DNA of 40,189 nt, from NCBI GenBank assembly GCA_046705745.1, contig JBJKQC010000260.1, forward strand, positions 1 to 40,189. Reading direction: 5' to 3'. Made by a program: the position numbers and the translations under genes. The stretch comes from Dehalococcoidia bacterium. GTDB taxonomy: Bacteria > Chloroflexota > Dehalococcoidia > Lucifugimonadales > Australimonadaceae. The first letter of the stretch is position 1. Every line of letters starts with the position of its first letter. Below are positions 23,568 through 31,551 of the stretch, one piece after another. The notes beneath the pieces were generated by a model. The model was given only the letters and a program-made list of their open reading frames with translations. It made no database searches and was not told the DNA's origin.

Positions 23568-25178
23568 ATGGACTGGTTGGATGATGCTGTTGGGCCCTTG
23601 GGCGTCGTCGTTGGCGGCTCACTGTCGCGCGGGCTGGACGTCCGGCTGTTGTCGCACACGGCGGTCGAGGACGCCAAGGTCGGCACCTTCGTCACCGTCC
23701 TCGGCTCGGCCCACCGCTACTTCGGCATTATCACGGACCTGGTATTGGAGAGCAGCGACTCCCGCCTGGCGGCCGCTATGGACGCCGCCAACGATGCCGT
23801 GGCCCGCGTCCTGTCCGGCACCGCCGCCTACTCCCTGGCGCGTGTCACACCCATCCTGGCCATCGGAATTGGGGAAAATAACCCTCAGCCGGCCCGCTCC
23901 TTGCCCGGCCACTTCGCGCGCGTGTATCGCGCGACCAACGAGGATGTCCAGGCGGTCTTTGGCGGCGAGGATGCCCGCCATATCTATGTTGGCAGCCCGC
24001 TGGATATGGAGGACACCCGCGTCTGCTTGGACCTAGAAGAGCTGGTCAAGCGGTCCAACGGTGTCTTCGGCAAGAGCGGCACCGGCAAGAGCTTCCTCAC
24101 CCGTATTCTGCTGGCGGGCATCCTCCAGCGTGGCGTGGCCACCAACCTCGTGTTCGACATGCATAGCGAGTATGGGTGGCAAGGCACGCACGAGTCCGGC
24201 TACGCAGCCAAGGGTCTGAAGCAGCTCTTCCCCAGCCGTGTAGCGGTGTTCACCTTGGACGAGCAGTCCTCCCGCCGCCGCGGGGTCTCCACCGACTTCG
24301 TCGCTCGCATCGGCCTCAACGAGATCGAGCCGGACGACATCACCATTCTGGCGCCGACCCTCGGTATCACGGACCTGGGGGTGCAGGCCTGCTACACGCT
24401 GGAGCGCCACTTCGGTGACGACTGGATGCAGTCCTTTCTGGACGTGCCATCGGCCGAGGTGGCGACTTTGGCGGACTCCATCGGCGAGCACGCCGGTACG
24501 TTGGACGCGCTGCGGCGACGGCTGCGGCCTATCGAGCGGCTGGAGTTCACAGTGCACCGGACGCCGGCAGGGCAGGGGACCGTTCAGAAGGTCCTGGAGT
24601 ACTTGAAAGACGGCCGTCACGTGGTGCTGGAGTTCGGCCGCCACGGCGACAACCTCACCGCATACCTTCTGGTAGCGAACCTCCTGACCCGGCGCATCCA
24701 CGCCGAGTACCGGCGGCGCACCGAGCAGGCCCTGGCCGACAACACCAAGCAGCCCGGTCCCCTCGTTATCACCATCGAGGAGGCCCACCGCTTCCTGGCC
24801 CCAGGAATTGCTGGTCACACCATATTCGGCACCATTGCCAGAGAGATGCGCAAGTACCACGTCACCTTGCTCGTGGTGGACCAACGACCCTCCGGTATCG
24901 ACGAAGAGGTGCTCAGCCAGATTGGAACGCGCATCGTCTGCCAGCTCGACAACGAGCGCGACGTGGACGCCGTGCTTACCGGCGCGCCTGGCTCGCGAGA
25001 GCTTAAGGCCGTCCTTTCGCGCTTGGAGGCGCACCAGCAGTCGCTTATGTTCGGCCACGCCTTGCCCATGCCTGTTGTCGTCCGTACTCGCGACTACGAT
25101 GACGCTTTTTATGGGGACATGACGTTGCCTGGCTATGGGACAGCAGCAACGCGGGATAAGCAGGACCTGTTTAGGTGA
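23568..25178 (+). CDS. HerA/DUF87-type P-loop ATPase (FtsK-HerA superfamily) with an N-terminal HAS barrel
   Basis: 536 aa. Walker A is GVFGKSGTGKSFL and Walker B is LVITIEEAHRFL. REMRKYHVTLLVVDQRPSGIDEEVLSQIGTRIVCQLDNERDVDAVL is the HerA C-terminal signature. Confidence 0.85.
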   Translation: MDWLDDAVGPLGVVVGGSLSRGLDVRLLSHTAVEDAKVGTFVTVLGSAHRYFGIITDLVLESSDSRLAAAMDAANDAVARVLSGTAAYSLARVTPILAIGIGENNPQPARSLPGHFARVYRATNEDVQAVFGGEDARHIYVGSPLDMEDTRVCLDLEELVKRSNGVFGKSGTGKSFLTRILLAGILQRGVATNLVFDMHSEYGWQGTHESGYAAKGLKQLFPSRVAVFTLDEQSSRRRGVSTDFVARIGLNEIEPDDITILAPTLGITDLGVQACYTLERHFGDDWMQSFLDVPSAEVATLADSIGEHAGTLDALRRRLRPIERLEFTVHRTPAGQGTVQKVLEYLKDGRHVVLEFGRHGDNLTAYLLVANLLTRRIHAEYRRRTEQALADNTKQPGPLVITIEEAHRFLAPGIAGHTIFGTIAREMRKYHVTLLVVDQRPSGIDEEVLSQIGTRIVCQLDNERDVDAVLTGAPGSRELKAVLSRLEAHQQSLMFGHALPMPVVVRTRDYDDAFYGDMTLPGYGTAATRDKQDLFR

Positions 25179-25481
25179 GCCTAACCAATCTCCTTAGCTC
25201 GTAACTAGGCTCTCTTCCGCTACTGCAATGGAAGCTTGAAGGCAGGACACATTCGCGTGCGGCATTGTCTTGCCCCGAGCTCTGGATACTCGAAGGGCAA
25301 ACGGTCGACTATCTCCAACTGCGGCTTGTTCCGCCCATGTTGTTGTTTGCGTTCGCCTCGCTGCTTACTCCTTCCCATTCACTGCTAACCACCCACTTTC
25401 GCATCGACTATTGGACACACCAGCGGTCGGCCGGTGTATGATGCGCCGAGAAACGCGTGATTCGTCGCGAGGAGCTTGCAC

Positions 25482-26798
25482 ATGCTCGATGAAAAGCAAG
25501 GCGCGCAGGTACAGACCGTGGAGCGACCAGACGGCCATGCGGCACCCATGCCGTACCTGGGCCGCAGCGTGCGGGTCGTCGGCGATTGGCGGTCTGTCGA
25601 TGCCTCGCAGACGCCGCACGAAAAGAACAAGCGAGGCGAGCTGGGCCAAGCCCTCAAAAATTGGTACTTCAATCGGGCCTCGCGGGAGCCCCTCAGCCGT
25701 GTGGCCACCGTCAATAGCTCGGCCGATAGCCACAATGTCTTGGAGCACCTGGTCAGCCAGCTCCCCAAGGGTAAGGTCAACCCCACTAGAACTGAGGTCA
25801 AGGACCCTGCAATCATGGCCCGCCACATCAAGCGAGTGGCCAAGTTCCTTGGTGCATCCCACGTGGGCATCATGCGGGTCCAGCCCCAGTTCCTCTACGA
25901 GGGTGGTCGCTATCCGGACGATGGCTCCGGCGGTGCGGGATCCATCGACCACAAGGCCGTGGCGGAAGAGACAGCCCGCCGCTACCCCTACGCCATCGCT
26001 TGTGCCCTTGCCTGGGACTATGACATGGGCCGCGCGCACCGCCATCGCATCGGCGACGCGGCGTACCACTTTAGCGCCGAGGCGCTCCGCGAGATCTACG
26101 CCAACCTGGCTGCGTACATTCGCGAGATGGGATATTCCGTTGTGACCCGTATGACGACCCCTATGCCCGTGGCGCTGGCCGCTGGCATCGGCGAGCTGGG
26201 CCGCCTTGGCATGCTCATCACCGAGAAGTACGGCGCCCGTATACACTTGGGCGACCCTATCCTCACGGACATGCCGCTGGCGGTGGACGCGCCCATCGAC
26301 ATCGGCGTGGAGGACTTCTGCAAGGTCTGTAGGAAGTGCGCCAATACCTGCCCGACCAACAGCATCACCACCGAGGGCAAGTCTGTCGTCAACGGCGTCG
26401 AAAAGTACAAGATCAACTGGCAGACCTGCTACCGGCTCCGCCCCCATGTCATGGACTACTGGGACACCTGCCTCACCTGCGTGACCGTCTGTCCCTATAC
26501 CAAGCCCAACACCTGGTGGCACACCTGGGCCGTGCATGCCATGAAATGGACGCCCATACCGCTTAGGTCTTTTACGGCGAGGGGGCTGAAATGGATCGAC
26601 GATACTTTCTGGGGCAAGGTTCCACGCAAGCGCGTGCGCTGGATGAGCTTCGACACGGGCCGCCTCAAATTGCCAGACGGCACGATTATGCCGGAGAAGC
26701 CGGACATGGGCTACTACTACCCGCTGAAGGAGAACTCGCGCCGGTTCGACTTACTCAAGGAGAAGCTTAAGACAAAGAGCGACGCTCCGAGCCGGTAA
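25482..26798 (+). CDS. Reductive dehalogenase-family (RdhA-like) corrinoid/Fe-S protein, cytoplasmic type (no Tat signal)
   Basis: ATG at 25482 with GGAG 7 nt upstream. GELGRLGMLITEKYGARIHLGDPILTDMPL..D.PID.GVEDFCKVCRKCANTCPTNSI ... W..C......YWDTCLTCVTVCPYTK mirrors the PceA-type core plus two Fe-S motifs. There is no RRxFLK twin-arginine leader and no rdhB-like anchor gene nearby. Confidence 0.8.
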   Translation: MLDEKQGAQVQTVERPDGHAAPMPYLGRSVRVVGDWRSVDASQTPHEKNKRGELGQALKNWYFNRASREPLSRVATVNSSADSHNVLEHLVSQLPKGKVNPTRTEVKDPAIMARHIKRVAKFLGASHVGIMRVQPQFLYEGGRYPDDGSGGAGSIDHKAVAEETARRYPYAIACALAWDYDMGRAHRHRIGDAAYHFSAEALREIYANLAAYIREMGYSVVTRMTTPMPVALAAGIGELGRLGMLITEKYGARIHLGDPILTDMPLAVDAPIDIGVEDFCKVCRKCANTCPTNSITTEGKSVVNGVEKYKINWQTCYRLRPHVMDYWDTCLTCVTVCPYTKPNTWWHTWAVHAMKWTPIPLRSFTARGLKWIDDTFWGKVPRKRVRWMSFDTGRLKLPDGTIMPEKPDMGYYYPLKENSRRFDLLKEKLKTKSDAPSR

Positions 26799-26802
26799 AG
26801 GT

Positions 26803-26837
26803 CTACCCCTTTCTCCATTGCCGGCAGAAGGTCAGGG
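26803..26837. repeat. GC-rich hairpin repeat, same family as 4186-4217
   Basis: CTACCCCTTTCTCCATTGCCGGCAGAAGGTCAGGG shares CTACCC-TTCTCC ... AGAAGG-CAGGG with the nuoC-nuoD copy. Confidence 0.4.
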
Positions 26838-26934
26838 CCTGTCCTGATCGGAGCCGAAGGAATGAGGAGGAGACTTCATTATTCTGCGAGGAGTTCGCCT
26901 TACTCCATGCCAATTCCTTCGACAGAGGGAGGAT

Positions 26935-27549
26935 ATGAGTTTGCTTCAGCGATTGCCTTTTCGCCGTGAGAGCGACCCCTACTGGGACGGGTTTGTTAAC
27001 CGCCCGTTAGCGGATCCTGCCCATGACCTGGCCACTGCCATACGTAATGCCCACGAGGGCAAGGTGTTCCCCGTTGAGAGCGATGTCCCGCCCCCTGACC
27101 GCATGGCTCGTGATCTGGCCGAGTTGGCCCGCTTCTTAGGGGCTGCGCGCTTCGGCGTCGCGGCCACGAGCGCGGCTTACCTTCGACTTCGGCCTTCAGA
27201 GGACGGAGGCAAGGTGGAAGACGAAGAAGCCTTGGCAGCTGCGCACCCGTTCCTCTTGGTCTGCGTCGTTCCTGCCCAGTACGACCCGGCAGAAGCCCAA
27301 GGCATGGCCGGGCGTGCCGTAGCCCAGAAGTCCGCTAGTGTTTGCTTTACTCTCGCCGCCTATATCCGCGAGCTCGGCTACCGGGGCATGGTGACGCCTA
27401 TCGATTCGTGTGCTGCCGCGGTTGCGGCGGGCCTAGGGAACTTGGCACGGGACGGACGCTTGTCGGTGCCCGGCTACGGGTCGAAAGTCTACGTGGGCGA
27501 TGGCGTCCTGACCGACCTCCCGCTGGTCCCAGGGTGCCCGGCGATATGA
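26935..27549 (+). CDS. RdhA-like core-domain paralogue lacking the C-terminal ferredoxin (2x[4Fe-4S]) domain
   Basis: GGGAGG RBS. 204 aa. DRMARDLAELARFLGAARFGVA and AAYIRELGYRGMV...AVAAGLGNLARDGRLSVPGYGSKVYVGDGVLTDLPLVPG align with PAIMARHIKRVAKFLGASHVGI and AAYIREMGYSVVT...ALAAGIGELGRLGMLITEKYGARIHLGDPILTDMPLAVD of the upstream gene. The ORF stops exactly where that gene's Fe-S motifs begin. Confidence 0.6.
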   Translation: MSLLQRLPFRRESDPYWDGFVNRPLADPAHDLATAIRNAHEGKVFPVESDVPPPDRMARDLAELARFLGAARFGVAATSAAYLRLRPSEDGGKVEDEEALAAAHPFLLVCVVPAQYDPAEAQGMAGRAVAQKSASVCFTLAAYIRELGYRGMVTPIDSCAAAVAAGLGNLARDGRLSVPGYGSKVYVGDGVLTDLPLVPGCPAI

Positions 27550-27703
27550 CCTCTCCTTCAGCGTTGTCTCCGAAAGCTCTGCGTAGAGCGGAGGGCAAGA
27601 GACCCGTTCATCCTGAGCGCGGAGCAGTCGAAGGACGAACGAGCGTTGGTCTAGCGTCAAGGTTTGCTCCTCATTCAGACGGTCACGAAAGTGGTGTGTG
27701 CTC

Positions 27704-28393
27704 ATGACCACGAAACATGCCTTTGCAACCTACGTCATCACGGAGCCGTGTGTCGATGTCAAGGACGGCACATGCGTCGAGGTCTGCCCTGTCGATTGCA
27801 TCGAGACTGCATCTAGTGAGCCTCAGTACTACATCAATCCGGACCTGTGCATCGCATGCGAGCAGTGCGTGCTCGTTTGCCCGGTAGACGCCATCTTCCT
27901 CGAAAACGAAGTGCCGGAGAAGTGGCGAGGCTATGTCGAGAAAAACGCCGCCTTCTTCCAGCAGGCTGCGGCTGCGGTCCCTCCTGTAGGCAATGAGGAG
28001 GCGGAAGCCCTGCTCACCGGCGCGCGACAACGAGCTTTGGAGCTTGGCCTCTCGGTCAGCATCGCCGTCCTAGATAAGCAGGGCCAACTGGTGGGCCAAG
28101 AGTCTGTGGGCGCGCCGGACGCGGAGCGGCAAGTGCGCGCCCAGAACAAGGCCTATACCTCCGTCATGCTGGAGCGCGCCACTCTGCACGTGAACGAGCG
28201 GATGGTCCGCGGCGCGCTCTCCTCTGCCGACCAGGGCCGCATGGTGCTGGAGGCCGGAGGACTGCCCTTCGGCAGGCCCTACATTGTTGGCGCCATAGGC
28301 GTCGCTGGCGGTACGTGTGACCAAGACCAAGAGTGTGGGCTCGCCGCTCTCGCAAGCTGGAACCGCTGGGAAGCCGAGCGCGCGGCCGTGTAG
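27704..28393 (+). CDS. 7Fe-type ferredoxin fused to a GlcG/HbpS/PduO-C (DUF336) domain
   Basis: N-terminus: YVITEPCVDVKDGTCVEVCPVDCI ... CIACEQCVLVCPVDAIF, the FdxA-type [3Fe-4S][4Fe-4S] pattern. C-terminus: ALELGLSVSIAVLDKQGQLVG...KAYTS...GGLPF...IVGAIGVAGGTCDQDQECGLAAL, the DUF336 pattern. The ATG at 27704 is preferred over the GTG at 27698. Confidence 0.8.
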   Translation: MTTKHAFATYVITEPCVDVKDGTCVEVCPVDCIETASSEPQYYINPDLCIACEQCVLVCPVDAIFLENEVPEKWRGYVEKNAAFFQQAAAAVPPVGNEEAEALLTGARQRALELGLSVSIAVLDKQGQLVGQESVGAPDAERQVRAQNKAYTSVMLERATLHVNERMVRGALSSADQGRMVLEAGGLPFGRPYIVGAIGVAGGTCDQDQECGLAALASWNRWEAERAAV

Positions 28394-28525
28394 CTATCAC
28401 GGTGTTGCGGCAAACCGGCATGCGGGAACCAGCACATCCTAATGGTGTCGGATCCGCCCCTTCATCGGTCATGGCAGCGGGACTCACCTAGCATCTCTAA
28501 GTTCTCCTGCGACGCAGACATTCTC

Positions 28526-29638
28526 TTACCCCCACACCTTGCGGGCGGTGTCCACCACCAGTTCCAGCTTGCGCCATTGCTGCTCCTCTGTCAGCATATT
28601 GCCGGCCGCCATGGACGCGAAGCCGCACTGCGGGCTCAGGGCCAAGCGTTCCAAGGGCACGTACTTGCTGGCCTCGTCTATTCGTCGCAGCAAGGCGTCT
28701 TGCGATTCCAGATCGCCGGTCTTGCTGCTGATGAGACCAAGCACCACCATCTTGTCCTTGGGCATGTGCTGCAGTGGCTCGAACGTGCCGGCTCGCTCCG
28801 TGTCGTACTCCAGCAGCCACCGGTCTACGTTCAAGCTATTGAACACCTTCTCCGCGATGGGCCCGTACCCGCCCCGGGCATACCACATGCTTTGGTTGTT
28901 CCCTCGGCAAATATGGAAGGCGACGGTCACACCGGGTCGCCGCAACCCTTCAAGGCAGGAGTTGTCTGCCGCGATGGCCTCGTCCAGCGCTTGCTCCGGG
29001 TCGTAGCCGAGGCTCTGCAGGTGTTCGCGCCACTTGGGGTCCACGTAGTAGCTGTACCGCGGCGCGTCGATCTGCACGTAGGGAACGCCGTCGTCTTCCA
29101 CCAACGCCTTCAGCTCCGTCTTCACGATATCCGAGATCGCCCATAGCAGGTCGGACCGCGTTTTGTAATACTTGTCGGTGAGACCTTGCTGGTAGCTGAC
29201 TGTCGGAAATTGGTTGGCGCTCGGGACGGTCATCTTGAATGGCCCCGGCGCATGCTCCTTGAGAAAGGCGGTTTGAACGTCGGTAAATCGGCCGTGCGGC
29301 TTGAGTGGCCCGGCCACGATCCGGAGCGCGCCGCCCTCCTTAGGTTGCTCCGTGCCACCTTGCCATATTCGTGCCACAGCCGGTGTCTGGGAGTAAATGA
29401 AGCCTTCCACTGCCTCGGCGATATCGTTTTGGAACCCACTGCGTCGGAATTCTCCGTCGGAGAATACCTCGATGCCAATCTCTTTCTCGCGCTCCAGGGC
29501 ATCGAGGATGGCGTTGTCTTCAACCTCCCGGAGCTGGTCACGGTCTATCCGGCCCTGCTGGAAAGCCTCTCGCGTGTCCTTCACTTTCTGCGGGCGCAGC
29601 AAGCTGCCCACTTGGTCGGCCCTGTATGCTTCTGCCAT
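28526..29638 (-). CDS. Cobalamin-independent methionine synthase (MetE C-terminal, Meth_synt_2) family protein
   Basis: ATG at 29638 with GGAGG 7 nt upstream (MAEAYRADQVGSLLRP...). Motifs G..VFSDGEFRR, YVQIDAP, HICRGN and LSPQCGF (zinc ligands His/Cys/Cys) are typical of single-domain MetE-like (YxjG/H-type) enzymes. Confidence 0.8.
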   Translation of the reverse strand: MAEAYRADQVGSLLRPQKVKDTREAFQQGRIDRDQLREVEDNAILDALEREKEIGIEVFSDGEFRRSGFQNDIAEAVEGFIYSQTPAVARIWQGGTEQPKEGGALRIVAGPLKPHGRFTDVQTAFLKEHAPGPFKMTVPSANQFPTVSYQQGLTDKYYKTRSDLLWAISDIVKTELKALVEDDGVPYVQIDAPRYSYYVDPKWREHLQSLGYDPEQALDEAIAADNSCLEGLRRPGVTVAFHICRGNNQSMWYARGGYGPIAEKVFNSLNVDRWLLEYDTERAGTFEPLQHMPKDKMVVLGLISSKTGDLESQDALLRRIDEASKYVPLERLALSPQCGFASMAAGNMLTEEQQWRKLELVVDTARKVWG

Positions 29639-29688
29639 TGCTTTGCCTCCTAGCCAATCATGGCACATCATGTTCTGGAGACGCACGT

Positions 29689-30123
29689 ATGCCGTCAATT
29701 AGCTTCAGCGGAACCATAGCACGCCCGGTGCACGAAGTGTTCGCTCTGGTGACGGATCCTGCGACGCACCCACGGTGGCAAAAGAATGTGATTGAGAGTT
29801 CCATCGTCTCGGAGACGGCCGAACACGTCGGCTCCGTCGTTCGAGAGGTGCGGCAGTTCATGGGCAGGCGGGTGGAAACGACCTATCGTGTCACGGTCTT
29901 TGAGGCGGACCGCCTGTTTAGGACGGAGAGCGTTTCCGGTCCGGTGCCTGGCGAGGTTGGAGCTGACTTCGAAGCCCTGGAAGGTGGCAAGACGCAGTTG
30001 ACGCTCCATGCGACCTTTCACCTAGGCGGAGCGTTCAAACTGGCTGGACCCATCGCTAACCGCATGATGCGTGGCGAGATGGAGGATAACTTCAAGGCGC
30101 TCAAGGCCCTGATGGAAGCATGA
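29689..30123 (+). CDS. SRPBCC (START/polyketide cyclase-like) family protein
   Basis: ATG at 29689. SISFSGTIARPVHEVFALVTDPATHPRWQ is the canonical Polyketide_cyc2 N-terminus. 144 aa. Confidence 0.7.
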   Translation: MPSISFSGTIARPVHEVFALVTDPATHPRWQKNVIESSIVSETAEHVGSVVREVRQFMGRRVETTYRVTVFEADRLFRTESVSGPVPGEVGADFEALEGGKTQLTLHATFHLGGAFKLAGPIANRMMRGEMEDNFKALKALMEA

Positions 30124-30211
30124 GGCGCCTTCCCTTCGTTGATGCCCCTTAGGCGCGCTGATAGGATGCTTTCTGCCTTCGGCCCCACCACTTTCTCCAG
30201 GAGACGCTTCA

Positions 30212-31273
30212 GTGCAATTTATTGAATACATGCAGGCCAACGGACACGAAGAATTGGCAGTCTGGACGGATCCCGCAGTTGGCCTGAAGGCATTCATCGC
30301 CATTCACGACACCACCTTGGGCCCATCTCTGGGCGGGACTCGGATATGGCCTCACTCCACTGATGATGAAGCCATTATGGACGTCTTGCGGCTGTCTAGG
30401 GCCATGACCTACAAGTCGGCGGCCGCTGGCCTCCCCTTGGGCGGTGGGAAGGGATTGATCCTAGCGGACCCGCGGACCCAAAAGACGGAAGCAATGTTCC
30501 GCTCATATGGGCGGTTCGTGCAATCCCTGGGCGGGCGCTACATCACCACAGAGGATGTCGGCGCGACGGCGCAGGAAATGGAGTGGATATCCTACGAGAC
30601 GGAATATGTCGTGGGCCTTTCCCAAGCAATGGGCGGTAGCGGGAATCCGGCTGTCGTGACGGGATTCGGCGTCTTTCAAGCAATGCGGGCCTGCGCCGAG
30701 GCAATGTGGGGCAGCGACTCACTCAAGGGTAAAAGAGTGGCTATTCAGGGTTTCGGGAATGCCGCTAGTTCCTTGGCCGGCCATTTGAAGGAAGCAGGGG
30801 CTAAGCTGATCGTGACGGACATTAGCGATGCGGCGCGCAAGCGTGCCGAGGCATTCGGTGGCGTCACCTGGGTGGACCCAGATGCTATCTTCGACGTGGA
30901 GTGCGACGTCTTGGCCCCTTGCGCCTTGGGTGGCGCCGTGAACGAAAAGACTATTCCCCGCCTCCAGTGCGCGATTGTCTGTGGTGCCGCAAACAACCAG
31001 CTAGCCGAGATTGCGGATGCCGACCGCTTGCAGCAGCGCGGCATCCTTTATGCGCCGGACTTTATTGTCAACGCTGGCGGGGTCATCAACGTTTACTTCG
31101 AGCTCGACCGCGAGTATAACGCCGAAGCCGCTTTGGAGAAGGCGAGCAAAATCTACGACACTATGCATCGCGTTATCCAAATGGCAAAGGACCAGCAGAT
31201 CACGACGGCGCAGGCCGCCGAGATGATCGCCGAGCAGCGGATTGAGTCCGTCGGCAGGGCTCGTGTCGTATGA
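30212..31273 (+). CDS. ldh: Leucine (branched-chain amino acid) dehydrogenase, Glu/Leu/Phe/Val dehydrogenase family
   Basis: GTG start with AGGAGA upstream. [44 protein letters not shown]...LPLGGGKG closely parallels Bacillus LeuDH ([35 protein letters not shown].RMW). The GFGNA Rossmann motif is present. Confidence 0.9.
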   Translation: [353 protein letters not shown]

Positions 31274-31551
31274 AATGCCCCTGCTATGGCATCCGGAAGC
31301 CCCATGCGCAATGTGAGAAATGGGGTGTACCATACGGGTTGGAAAGCTGTGTTACTGGCTGCGTCACCTGGAAGAAGGGAGGACGTATGGCGGATAGCAG
31401 TCATAGACGTCTACCCACCTCCGAACCGAGAACAATCTTACTTGCCAGAGGCTGCACCATCGGCGAGCCGGCACGGGCCATGCTGGGTTTGGTTCCTGCT
31501 TTCCCGTAGTTGTGTCCCCGTGTGACGGCCTCTGGGTCCGTGAGGCTCGTC

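Noticed and set aside
25177-25212. Hairpin GAGCCTA-N22-TAGGCTC after the HerA-like gene as a terminator
   Set aside because: It has a 7-bp stem, a 22-nt loop and no U-tract, so it is too weak to call an intrinsic terminator.
24033-26537. Long minus-strand ORFs 24033-25058 (341 aa) and 25365-26537 (390 aa)
   Set aside because: They are antisense to the HerA-like and RdhA-like genes. Both are Gly/Arg/Val/Leu/His-rich with no recognisable motifs, so they are GC-driven open frames.
31274-31551. M-box (Mg2+) riboswitch upstream of mgtE
   Set aside because: None of the conserved M-box blocks (GGUGAGG, GACGCCAAUGGG, GCCAAAGCUC) could be found on the sense strand.
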